Below are positions 40,104 to 51,708 of a stretch of DNA of 64,000 nucleotides, in pieces; within the stretch, counting starts at the first letter, position 1, and every line of letters starts with the position of its first letter. Position numbers and translations under genes: made by a program. The stretch lies in the NCBI GenBank assembly GCA_973895155.1, contig OZ316897.1, positions 14,135,375-14,199,374 of the forward strand, given 5' to 3'. The stretch comes from Marsupella aquatica. Lineage: Eukaryota > Plantae > Marchantiophyta. The notes under the pieces are model-generated. The model ran no database searches. It saw only the letters and a list, made by a program, of their open reading frames with translations, and was not told the DNA's origin.

Positions 40104-43100
40104 AGCTACAGTCGAGTCGACGTGAGCAACTCTCTGCTACGTAACGAAAAGCAAAGCTCAACAAGAACTGAAAGAAGAAATGGCAGCGATTGTCGATCCC
40201 TTGCCGAGACCTATGGCACCTCGATTCACGTTGCAAACTTCGAGCACAGTGCACAGCGACCCACATCTCGATCAAAAAATATAGGAAAGGCTAGAGCACT
40301 GTACAATCGAAGGCGTGATGAGCTACACTCACCTAACCCGACACGACTCCAGTAGTCCAGTCCTATCTCTCCGGTCAGTCCCACGAGTGACTGCGACGGT
40401 GACGTATGAACGGCCCCGTCTGTGACAGCACACGTGGCGCCAGGTGGATGTCCGTGCGGGTAGGTCGATTCTCATCGTTCGCGAGATTTTAAAAATGGAC
40501 GCAGTACAGTCCATTTTCGACGGTGTAAGTGCTGTCGTTGACATGTTCACGGTGTAAGTAGGGCCATGCGTGATTCGTTGATATTTTTACTTGATGGGCT
40601 GGCCCACCAAACCGCCTTGATAGGGTTACAAACATATTGTTTTTCTAAAGTTTTAATTTTATATTTATATTCCCATAATGCAGCCCATGCTCCTAAAGAA
40701 ACAGAAATAGACTTGAGTTTTACGTGAATATGGATGACAATATTGTTATCCCCAATTGGTAGTATGCCATGTTGAGCTTAAGCATTGTCAAGAGTGAGTG
40801 AGATGGCCAATCATGCAGTCCAACACTATGGGGAGTTGGCAAGTCGGCCTGGCGGTGGGCTTCAAAGAGCATGGAGTTACAGGGAAAGTAACGGTTTGGG
40901 TGTAGAAAGTGTGCAGCAATACGATTAGGTCCATCTCATGGTTAGAGAAAAATGTCACCATAATTCACTGGCCAAGGAGGATTCTTGCCATAATAACAAT
41001 TTACTGACCATGAGAAAGTGGGAGCAAGATTGAAAATTATAGTACAATTTAGAGACAATGAGAAAGTACAAGATGGCATACCATAGTGGTTAATTCTGAT
41101 CAAATAAAGATTTAACATTGCCTCCCCCCCCCCCCCCATGAAGCAAACTTCTCTTTCTTTTCAGGCTTTTACCTCACTGGCGACAGGAGGTGGTCTAAGA
41201 GAGAGTATATATTAGTTTTAGAAGAGAGCAGAACTGTGAAGTCTAAGCTCTAATAGGATCCTATATATTTACAAGATGCATGTCTGGATCTCCAATGACA
41301 AAACTGACAAAACAGCTCTCCTGGAGATCTTAGTGGTGGGACCTCTGATGAGAGAAATACGGGCAACACTATTTTACCGGCCCCCAAGAAAATGGGCAAA
41401 GGGTTGGAGATGCTCTAAAGCCACCCTAAAATAAGCTTCATTGTTCAGACTAAAATGGGCTGCTCTTGTGGTGAGAACAAGATGGGCAGGTCATGTTGAA
41501 AACAATAGTAAGGCGTCTCTAACCAGCCAACCGGCCCTTTTTGGAGCAGCCAAAACTGTGGTCAGGACCTTGACCTAGAATGCGCCAGGCAAGAAGTTCC
41601 CACTATTGACACTCACTCAGTCCCTAACAGTTTCAATTGATGTTGAGTTGATGTTGAGTTGATGGGGTTCACCCCCTTTGGATCTTCTTACCCCAGTCAA
41701 AGCACATAACACACCAGTGCTAATTTCTCGTGTCCACTGTTCCAATACTCATTTCAGATACACTTCTCAATCTTTTATTTATATTACCTTGCCAAGAAAA
41801 CAAAAAAAAGGGAGACAAGGTCCCAAAGGCAGAGCAACCCAATAGGGTTTCTCAAACTTAGTGTTGCTGCTTCGGGTTGCTGCTTCGGGTTGCGGTTAGT
41901 GATGGAATCCTGGGAAAAAAGTGGCGGACAAGAAAATCCGTGTCTGCAGAACCTTGACTGAAACTGATAATTCCGGGCCTAGTTTTTCCCTGCAACACCA
42001 AGGATTGAGACTCCCTAATAAGAGGAAAGAGAAAAGCCACAGGAAATCCACAGGGTCCATGTCCTAATTGCCAGACTCCCAAAAAGGGGTCTGACAGGTT
42101 TGAGACACCCCAGCAACTACTGTAATTTGAGTTTCTCCGTCCCCATCATGGAGTACTCTAGGAATAAATTGGTCCGATTCAGTACTTGATCAACGGGGCA
42201 GGTGGGCAGTTCCCATCCTGTCCCTGGCACAATACAGCAGGAGAGCTCTGGCAAACAGAAACAGCAAATGTCCTGGGGTACCCGACAAAAATCAATATCT
42301 GGGACACCAAAACCCCTCGGGCAGTCCCAACGTCCTGCATTGCCACATGAATCCTTACTGTCTCCAGACGATAAGGTATTATTTTCCAGTTGTACTACAT
42401 CATTGTTTTGTTTTATTGGAAACATTAAATAAAGCAGGCCAGTTCTACTACACCATTGTTTTGGTTCATTAGAAACATTAAGTAACTGATAATTGAAATA
42501 GCAAAATTGGTATGAACATAAAAATAAGGAAAAGATCGCAGGGGGTTGTTGGGTCCTGACAAGCAGGGATGGTACTATCAAGTAGGGATATGATAACTAG
42601 CCTAATAAAAACAAGGTCATACATATTACAAGTATTATTACCAACCAGATTTTTCATACCATGATAAAAGAGCATAATTCTTTTAAGGGAGCTTTACAAG
42701 AAGGTGGGGTTCAACGTCTCTTCATCCAAAGCAAGCTGATAACCACTTCCTTACATTAAAGTAAGAATGTGGACCACCTCAAGAGGTGGTCTAAGTTTTT
42801 GACACGGAAAAAATGTATAAATCATACGACTAGAAGGTTCAATCATGCATGCTTTTGCTTGATTGTGCCCCCAGTTTATGTAAAGTGAAATGTGACCAGA
42901 TCTCACATTTGAAAAAGAACATAGAAAAAAAGAACTATTGCCCCCAAGTTCTTGTAAAGCCACTTTTATATCACTTAATAGTGTTCCTTCATGTTCATAG
43001 AGAAGAAGAAAAGGAGTGTTGCCCCCAAGGTCTTGTAAAGCCCCCAAGTTATTGAATTAATAGCGTTCCTTGGTATTCAGAGGCGGCATTTTGATGCGCA

Positions 43101-43259
43101 ATTATGGGGGACGCCCCGAGGGGTGCCCTGCCCAAACACTGCCAGGACGTGCAGCAACCCGTGATGGCAAAAGTGCGAAAGTGACAACCCGAGGGTCCAA
43201 GAAGGGAACAAAGGACAGTACTGTACAGCCAGCACTAGAAAGAAGAGCCAAGCTTTTTC

Positions 43260-43261
<2 letters not shown>

Positions 43262-43305
<44 letters not shown>
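43262..43305 (+). repeat. (GA)22 microsatellite upstream of the GT34 gene
   Basis: Perfect dinucleotide run; position is compatible with a promoter or 5' UTR GAGA element. Confidence 0.95.
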
Positions 43306-43309
<4 letters not shown>

Positions 43310-44467
43310 TGCTTCTGTCTTTGCAAACAGTAGAGGAATCATCGCCTCCCTACACTGCACACCGAACAAGAGGTGCGAGTGGAGAAGACGAAGTGGGCCG
43401 AGCGAGCTGCTGCCTGCGCGGCGTGGGAGGGAAAATCCAACTCTCCCACATCGCCGCAAGCGCGTGAGCCGGGAGTGCGAGAGAGCCCTCAGTAAGCCTG
43501 GCGATGATCTATCGAAACAAGAGCACAGTCGGTGACGATTAAAAAATCTGGGAACTCGGGAGAACGAACAAGATTACCGTCGTAGAGGACGAAGGAGAGA
43601 AGGAGAAGACGACGCGCAGAATAAAGCCCGTGGTTTGCGGGTGCTTTCTTTGCTTACCAATTATTTTACGCACTTCTGTGCATGACTGCATGGCGACGAG
43701 CGAGCGTGCGTGCAGACTGTTCACCTGTATGCGTCGCAGTGGGAGTACTGCATCATCACTGATGAAGAGAATTTGAGACGGCGGTTTTGCATGTTCTGCT
43801 CGATTCTCTCCTTTATCACTCACTCACTCGTCCGTCTTCCTGTAGTTTGATACTCTACTGGATCTTGACGTTATCCAGCACAAGTTTTCGTTCATAGAAT
43901 ATTGTGTATTCATTACGTTCAATCCCGGCGCTTTGTGCCTTATTGAACATTCTCTCCATTACCTTCTGGAGGTATAATTAAGTAGAGGCAGTCCATTGAA
44001 TAGAAAACTACCTTTTGATGAAAGGACTAATTATAGCAGTCAGTGAAAAACAACGACTTCTCTTTCCTCTCTGCGCGTTCTCTTATTCGTTCTCGAGTGC
44101 CGTCTGTGTCACTGCTCTGGAGCGAGCTCTGGAGTGGTTTGTTGCAATTCCTGCAAGGAGGGTCCTACCGAGTCAACCAAGTTGGAGCCTGAAGCATCAA
44201 AGAACCACCGTCTGATCCGTGACGTCGAAGTATTCAGCTTGCAGCTGTGATTTGAAGCGAAGACAAGAGCCTGCATTTTTCCTCCAAAGGATTGCATTGT
44301 TACGTTCAAGAGGCTGCACTTGAACTGTTGGTGAATCGAGGATCGTCATCTGCACTGAATTTTGAGCCATACTCGAATCGGTCCGGTCACCTGACGCGAG
44401 CAGGTCAATTTAGTTGGAAGGGTTTTCGAGTACGTACTCATCGATTGCGGAGATCTTATCACAGGAA

Positions 44468-45844
44468 ATGAAGGAAGTGTTAGGCAGGTCGTTACCTAAG
44501 ATGAGAGCTCTTACATGGAGTCCCGCCAAAATTTTGTCAGGGCCAAGAGTTAGTAAGATACAGAAGATGTTCTACAATTTCCAAATTACGATTGTCTGTT
44601 TTTTTGTTACCATTCTGGTGCTGAGAGGTACCATCGGTGCAGGCAAATTCGGCACCCCAGCCTCGGATATTAAGGAAATTAGAAATCACCTTCCCGGGGG
44701 ACAACGAACAATGATGGAATTCAAGATGTCAAAAGGAGAGGAGCACGACCGGACCCACAAGGCCGAGAAGGTAACAGGCATCTATGACAGGAATTTCGAT
44801 CCTGTGAAGTTTTTCAATCCGAGCACTGAACATCACATACTTGGAGAAGCTGTGAAAGATTGGGATGAGCAAAGAACCGAACACATTCTGAAGCATGGGA
44901 GACGTGGAAATCTGACCGACAGTGGGAAACCCCGCATTTTGCTGGTTTCCGGGTCACAGCCGACGCCTTGCGACAATCCGAACGGAGATTACTTGATTCT
45001 GAAGAACCTCAAGAACAAGATTGATTACTGTCGCCTCCATGACATTCAGATTTTCTACAATATGGCCCACCTGGACAAGGAAATGTCCGGGTTTTGGGCG
45101 AAGCTGCCACTAATTCGTAAGCTCATGCTCGCCCATCCTGACGTCGAGTGGATTTGGTGGATGGACAGTGACGCCTTCTTCACAGACATGGAGTTTGAGC
45201 TCCCCATGGACAAGTACGATGACTATAACTTGGTATTACACGGGTGGAATGACATGCTGTACGAACGGAAGAGCTGGATTGGGCTCAACACGGGAAGCTT
45301 TCTCATTCGGAACTGCCAATGGTCGCTCGATATCCTCGATTCTTGGGCTCCTTATGGTCCCATTGGCAAGCCCAGGACGGAAGGAGGCAAGCTGCTGACG
45401 AAGCAACTGGCGGGAAGGCCCGATTTCGAAGCTGACGATCAGTCTGCTCTCATCTACCTGTTGATAACTCAGAAGGAGAAGTGGGCCGAGAAGACTTACC
45501 TGGAGAGCTCGTTTTTCCTCCACGGCTACTGGGTCATCCTAGTGGAGAATTTCGAGAAGATGATGGAGGAGAACCATCCGGGAGTTGGAGATGAGCGATG
45601 GCCGTTTGTGACTCACTTTGTTGGATGCAAACCCTGCCATGGGAGCTCTGGGGACTACTCCGTCGAAAGGTGCACGAAGCAAATGGAACGAGCATTCAAC
45701 TTTGCAGACAACCAGGTCCTCCAAGCGTATGGATACCACCACCCGCACTTGGAAAGCTTCCAAGTGATGAAAACGATACCTTCGCAACCGGATACCCCCA
45801 AATTTCTCCGTGGGAATGTCGGTTTGACTCGGTCGATCCACTAA
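44468..45844 (+). CDS. XXT: Xyloglucan 6-xylosyltransferase-like, glycosyltransferase family 34 (single exon)
   Basis: First in-frame ATG at 44468 (alternative 44501); N-terminal TM ITIVCFFVTILVLRGTIGAGKFGTP; KNKIDYCRLH, GFWAKLP, WIWWMDSDA (DxD), LNTGSFL.RNCQWS, FEADDQSA, LHGYW, WPFVTHFVGCKPC, MERAFNFADNQ. Confidence 0.95.
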   Translation: MKEVLGRSLPKMRALTWSPAKILSGPRVSKIQKMFYNFQITIVCFFVTILVLRGTIGAGKFGTPASDIKEIRNHLPGGQRTMMEFKMSKGEEHDRTHKAEKVTGIYDRNFDPVKFFNPSTEHHILGEAVKDWDEQRTEHILKHGRRGNLTDSGKPRILLVSGSQPTPCDNPNGDYLILKNLKNKIDYCRLHDIQIFYNMAHLDKEMSGFWAKLPLIRKLMLAHPDVEWIWWMDSDAFFTDMEFELPMDKYDDYNLVLHGWNDMLYERKSWIGLNTGSFLIRNCQWSLDILDSWAPYGPIGKPRTEGGKLLTKQLAGRPDFEADDQSALIYLLITQKEKWAEKTYLESSFFLHGYWVILVENFEKMMEENHPGVGDERWPFVTHFVGCKPCHGSSGDYSVERCTKQMERAFNFADNQVLQAYGYHHPHLESFQVMKTIPSQPDTPKFLRGNVGLTRSIH

Positions 45845-47563
45845 CTGGACGATTCAAGAAAGAAACCGTCACATTATATCTCTTAAACAAATTAACACGA
45901 TCTTGTAAAGTTGCGTTGGGCGGGCTTGGTATAGTTAGTCTTGCGATCACGTTGATCGAGGTAGATAGTGAATCTAGTTTGGTTCATGATCTGACATTCA
46001 TTCATTCATTGAAAACTCAACTAGGCGCAGTTTTTGTATAGTCATCCTCCGGACGATTTTTGTTCCACTTCAGCTCTTCACTCAAGTTTTGGTTTGGTTA
46101 CTTTTTAAGTGTGTAGCTCCGGATGAGGTTTGCCCCCGGTACTCTTCCCCGGGTGCATGCACGAGCGACTAAGGTAGTCCCGAGTGAGCTGGGCCCCGAC
46201 GAGATGTCCAAGCAAAAGTGCAGTTCGTTGGCCATCTGATAATGTTTCGTTCACCATTAATTACCGTACATTGAACATAAATGAATGCCACTCGATGGCT
46301 AGGTAGACTCGATCATTCTGTACATTCTAAATTTTGCGACACATTGGCAACACAGGGGGAAGAGTGATGCCGAGCATATTGCGTTAGTACGATGATCGAG
46401 TTTTGATGATGCAAGAGGAAAATGCAAGTTGTGGCGAAGAAAAAGGGCAACGTCATATCTAAGGTTCGTTGACATAGGATCAGATAGCAGATATAGAAAC
46501 TGTAATCGAAGCAGGTAATCGAAGCAGGGAGGAGTAAGAGATTGCCTTCATGTTCTTCCACCATCAATCAAGCGATTCGTCGTAGTCCGAAGAGCAATAA
46601 ATGGTTGAGAATTTGAGATAATTGTGTGATTTGCCTCGCTGTATGATCTGCGGTTGGAAGTCCCCATTCAGTTGGCGTTCTTGGCAGTCCTTCATACATC
46701 AAAGCTACTGTACAGTTAATCTACCCACCGAAATGGAGTAGACTCGGGATGCATAATTATGCTAGTCTCAAGCCTGTGTTGTGAAACACAACATGTTACA
46801 ATACGGTGTATCAAAGGTCCCAAGTTCAGAGTGGTTTAAGTAGTGATCCTTGTATAGTTGAAATCATTAGGGTGTCTGGGAACTCGGCTTACCCAGGGTA
46901 AGGTTTTAATTACCGGAAGTCAAGACATATGTGACCTCCCATAATAGTTGTTGGAGCCTATCTTTGGCGTTTGTAAGGAATTGAAAGCCCGCAAGCTCAA
47001 CACTTGCCGAATACTCTTCTTACCACATTCTGTTAACTTTAGTCGCAAATCTAGAAACTTGCAATTGACAGCACGTGGACATTGGGCCTAACATGGCAAT
47101 GGCTTACCAAGCAAGAGGGAAGGAAAAGAGATATCAAGCGAGATATATGCTTTGAAGATTGAGGCAACGCCATAAACTCTGACTCATGGGGCAGGATGAT
47201 ACATGCTGCCTCCCCCCTCATTTTTTGATCGATAATTTGGTCCCTGAAGCTGGTTAGGGAACTAACCCTGAACCCACAACTTAGGCATGCCACTGAGTTC
47301 CGAGATGCTATAGTGTGCCGTAATGTCCATAAACTCGGGGGGCAGTCATGTGCGACGAAGTATAGGGCCATTTAAATGGTTTTGACAGAATACTTATTAA
47401 GTCTTCAATGAAAATATAGGGTATTTAATTCTAAAATGCATACGTGTCATCACATGATTGGTGTCGTACAATTTTATAGAAAGTGACTTAGGGGGGTCAT
47501 AAATGACCCAAACCGTTGCACGTGATGTATGATCCTTCATATACTGACCTTCCCTTTGAAGGA

Positions 47564-48124
47564 GCTATAATGGTGAATCCACTTTTCAGATTTTGTCTTA
47601 TTTAGATTTTGTGTCATGCATTTTTATTTCAATGTGCCTTATCAAGGGGCAGCCTTTGAATCATATATATTTTTAATTAATTTTCAGACCCCTTTAATTT
47701 TAGGTATTTTAGAATATTTTGAACTTATTTTGGCAGCCCCTATAACTTTTAAAGTTTGTGATCTCTTAGAGATGAAACCAAGAGCTCCACCACTTGAACA
47801 AAGTATTTTCATGAGTGAGAGAAATGATTCTGAATGACATGAACACAAGTGTCTTAAGTTCCCCTCATGCCCTTCTTTCCTAAGTTTATGGTTTTTTTGA
47901 AATGAATGTCATTCATAAGGCACATTGAATTAAGTGCACAAACCATAGTATCCTTGTGACAAAACTTGACTGTACTTCTCATTGGTCAATGTGCTTTTCT
48001 TGGCAGGCACTTTACTTATTGTACATTATTTCATCCTTCTAGTTATGCTCTCATATTTTATTTACTTTCAGATCACTACAAGACAAAAAAAATCCAGCAT
48101 GTTCCAGGATGAGCATGCTATAAT
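47564..48124 (+). mobile_element. Non-autonomous element with terminal hairpin, copy 1
   Basis: Starts GCTATAATGGTGAATCCA, ends AGCATGTTCCAGGATGAGCATGCTATAAT; colinear with 48912-49512 and, reverse-complemented, with 60592-61139. Confidence 0.8.
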
Positions 48125-48301
48125 AGGCTTGTGATTAGGTTGGGCTTCTAATATAAGCATAAATATAGAGCATGCTATAATAGGCTTGTGATTAGGTTGG
48201 GCTTCTAATATAAGCATAAATATAAAGTTGAGGTCACCTAATGGCAGGAATAATTAGGTTAGATGTTATGACCAACTTGTGTTGTCATAATCATTGGAGG
48301 T

Positions 48302-48530
48302 TGTTAAGGATTGCTCTTAGTCTTGTGACTCAAAGGTTACGGCAATTAGGTTAACCTCAGTTAACATAAGAGAGAGAGCTTGTGTGTTCGACTCCTCTGA
48401 AGTAAAGTTGGAGTGTTTGTGTGGATGTAACCTTGGAGAAGAGGTGAACCACGTATGGATTGTGTCGACTACGTGAGCATGGTATGAGTCATGATCGTAT
48501 TGTCATGAAGGAAGATGTCATACTTCAACA
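48302..48530 (+). mobile_element. Solo LTR (229 bp) of a related copia family
   Basis: TGTTA..TCAACA termini with TSD GAGGT (48297-48301, 48531-48535); shares ATTGCTCT(T)AGTCTTGTGACTCA, GAGAGCTTGTG and GAGGTGAACCACGTAT..TGTGTCGACTA with the 344-bp LTR. Confidence 0.9.
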
Positions 48531-48911
48531 GAGGTTGAGACTTTCTAGTAGAGGTAAAGGAAGGGTGAAATGGAGGGTGATCAGAGACTTCTGTTAAGCC
48601 CCCAAAATGGCTAACTATAAATTCCTGCACCTACATGGATTGATCGACTCATGAAACTCTGGTTTGGGTACTCAAAGTCATCTCATTCTGCTCCAAGAGA
48701 ACTGCCAATGATGTAGAGCGTAGCACTTCCTGATTTCGGGCCATATTTGAATCTTGATTAGTTCAACTGAGAGAGGACACTAAACTCACCCTGGGTCTTG
48801 TGCTTCAATAATAGTAGACTGGTCCCAATTTGGCCACATTAGGTCTAAATCTATTATGGCATTAAGATTTCTTTTTCACAACACATTAAATAAATTGTCA
48901 ACCCATAATAA

Positions 48912-49512
48912 CTATATGGTGAATCCAACTTTCATATTTTGTCTTATTCATATTTTGTCTCCAATATTTTGATTTTAATGTGCCTTAACTACAGTAAGTG
49001 AACCATTTGCATTAATTTGATTTTGAATTAACTTTTGGACCCCTTTTGATTTTAGTGAACTTAGAGTATTTTGAATGTATTTGGCTACCCTGATAAATGT
49101 TTAATCTTTCCTTTTCAATCACTCCTTGGTGAATTCTCTTTTTTCTCATGGAGTGAAAGAAATGAATTTGAACAATGTGCACATCTGGTGTACTAAGTTC
49201 CCCTTGTGTTTTCCTTTACAAAATTTATGGTTTTAATTGAATCTAGTGTCCCTAAAAGCAATTAAAAATGTGTGCCTTATGTGCACAACTCTTTAGTACC
49301 TTTGTCCTTTCTTGGTCATTATGCACTTTTCCTTGTATGTGTATTTATGGTTTTGTATATTATGTCACTCACTCTTAATTAACAGGTATTAATTTATTGG
49401 CATATACTTTACATTTACCTTCTTCTTTTATCATAAAATAAATTAAATAAATTACATATCATTGTAAGACAAAAACAAAAAAGGGCATGTTCCAGGATGA
49501 ACATGCCATATA
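48912..49512 (+). mobile_element. Non-autonomous element with terminal hairpin, copy 2
   Basis: Starts CTATATGGTGAATCCAACT, ends GGCATGTTCCAGGATGAACATGCCATAT. Confidence 0.8.
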
Positions 49513-49514
49513 TA

Positions 49515-49975
49515 ACATATGAGTCTCAAGCGTGCATTGTGAAGCCCAGCAACCCAACATATTACAATATGGTATTATTAAGATTTCTGGTTCATCAATA
49601 GATTTGATGGACTGAAGCCATGCATAGCCTCTGAATGTTTACAATATAGTATTATTAAGAATTTTAAGTTCCGGGATAGATTTAATGGACTGTGACTATG
49701 CATAGTCTCCAGCTTGCATTGTCTCAAGCCTAGATGGTGTTTAGATTTTAGTTCAGCATATAGATTTAAAAGACATGTACTGTGGCCATGAATAGTCTCA
49801 AACCTCCGTTGTGAAACTCACATGTTATAATATGGTATTATTAAGATTTTTAGTTCAGGGATAGATTTAACATATGATCTGTAGCCATGCATGGTTTCAA
49901 GCCTGCTGCAGTCGAGCCTGCAGTGTGACACCCACAAGTTGATATCAAGACTTCTAGTCCAAGGAGGGATTTGAT
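49515..49975. repeat. Degenerate tandem repeat, ~80-100-bp unit, ~5 copies
   Basis: CATGCATAGTCTC(A)AGC...TTACAATATGGTATTATTAAGATTT..GTTC...ATAGATTT recurs; a related single unit lies at ~46757-46840. Confidence 0.7.
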
Positions 49976-51261
49976 CTGATATTAAAAATTCACTAGTTCA
50001 GGTTGATATGGAACTTGGGCCAAGTCCACTGTTGTGCCCGTGGCCCGGTTGCTACCTCTTGTGCCTTTTCATAAATTGACTAGACAGTACAATGTCTTTG
50101 CATTGCATAGTTGTAGTTGGGGATCAAAATGTGTCACTTGGCAGAGAAATTGTATTGATTGTGGGAAGTAAGTCCTTGCAAAAATGTTGTCATTTGGTTG
50201 AAAGGTGAAACCAGGGCTTGTTGATGCACAAAGCTCTGGCAAGAATTGGAGGGAAACCCAGAGCAAGGCCTATTTGGACGTGAGGGCAGGTTGCACAAAG
50301 GTGTTGGGCAGAAAAAAAATGACTAACCTCCCATTGTTCTTTTTCCTTCCCTCCCCACGCCCCCTTTCTTAAGGTTTCCCTCCTCTTTCCCCCCTAATAC
50401 CCTTTCTGCCACCCCCTCCGTCTCCCCCTCCTCAGTAAAGAAAATAGGAACATTGCCAGGTGCATTCAAGGGTCCCTCTCGGGTTCCCTGTCTGCCACCC
50501 CCTCCCACTCCCCTTCCTGAGTAAAGAAATCAGGAATATTAGGTGCATTCAAAATGTTGTGTAGCATGTACAGCATGTCTGTCCCTATCTCTGTCCCCCC
50601 AAAGTGTCAGGTGCCAGTTTGTTGCAAAAAGAAATTATACATGCCAGGGGAGAGGCAAAAAAAAGTGGAACTACCCAAAACGAAACTCCATGCAAACAGA
50701 AGAATAAGTCAGGTCATGCAAATCATATAAAATGGGAGATAAATTAAAAAGTAAAGTTGGAATGGGGCCAAAACGAAGCCAAAATCACCCTGCCACACCC
50801 AATTTTTTTCTCACACTCCCAAAGGGAAAAGAACAATACACCCCATCTGCAAGAAACCATGCATGGAGGCTGTGCAAGAATTCACCTTGCCCCCATGAAT
50901 TGGCCACCACTCCAAACAAAACAAAAAATATGTTTGCATGGAAGCATGGATCGGGCAGTGTTTCCTGTCCTTTCCTCCACGGACCTTATAGAAGTCCTAG
51001 TTACGATTGATATGGACCATAATTCAAGTCTTTCCTCATGTCTCGCATGATTCCAAAGCCCACCGGGGCATGTTGATGGCTGTATATTGACCAACCCCAC
51101 GGTCAATATGCAGCCCTAAATATATTGCAGTGGGCTTGGTGGCAGTGCTTGAGACTGGGATGTAACTGTGGTAGGAGCTCCACAGGAATTGCAGGGACAG
51201 TGGGCAGAAAGCCTCATTTGAAAGGAGGGACCGTGTCCTGGTTTTTTTCCCCTAGGGGGAG

Positions 51262-51495
51262 GCCTCATCAAGTCTTTGGTTGAAAAATCATTTCCTTGTT
51301 GGTAGTCCTTTGTTTTGTTTCTTTGCCTTGAAACCAAAGGTAAACCCATCCTATAGGGAGGCCATTGCCTTGAAACCTAAAGTAGACCCATCCCTACAAG
51401 GGGGGGGCTCATCCAGTCTTTGATTGAAAAATCATCTCCTTGTTGGTAGTCCTTTGTTTTGTTTCTTTGCCTAGAAACCGAAAGTAGACCCATCC
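51262..51495. repeat. Duplication, ~95 bp
   Basis: CTCATC.AGTCTTTG.TTGAAAAATCAT.TCCTTGTTGGTAGTCCTTTGTTTTGTTTCTTTGCCT.GAAACC occurs twice. Confidence 0.85.
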
Positions 51496-51504
51496 AACAG
51501 AGGA

Positions 51505-51708
51505 TGAATAATCAAATTTAGAGTAGGATTGGAGAGGGACCTATACCAAAGATAGAGAAAGATAACCCAAGCCCCTAAGTGTACCAATTAGGGTCCAAAG
51601 AGAAGTACTCACCCCACCCACATACACACCCCTTGGATATTGAATGGGGATTGAACCCTGGACCTCTTGGTCCTAGGCTAATCCCTGGCCAACTCACCCA
51701 AGCCAGTT
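51505..51708 (-). mobile_element. tRNA-derived SINE (probable)
   Basis: Minus-strand A-box TGGGTGAGTTGG (51700-51689) and B-box GGTTCAATCCC (51657-51647), 31 nt apart; no complete cloverleaf; 3' boundary uncertain. Confidence 0.65.

Noticed and set aside
43444-43454. TCCCACATCG snRNA-type USE motif (another at ~22165)
   Set aside because: No correctly spaced TATA box and no snRNA sequence downstream.
44414-44467. ORF-track start of the GT34 gene at 44414
   Set aside because: It is a TTG codon; the first in-frame ATG is at 44468.
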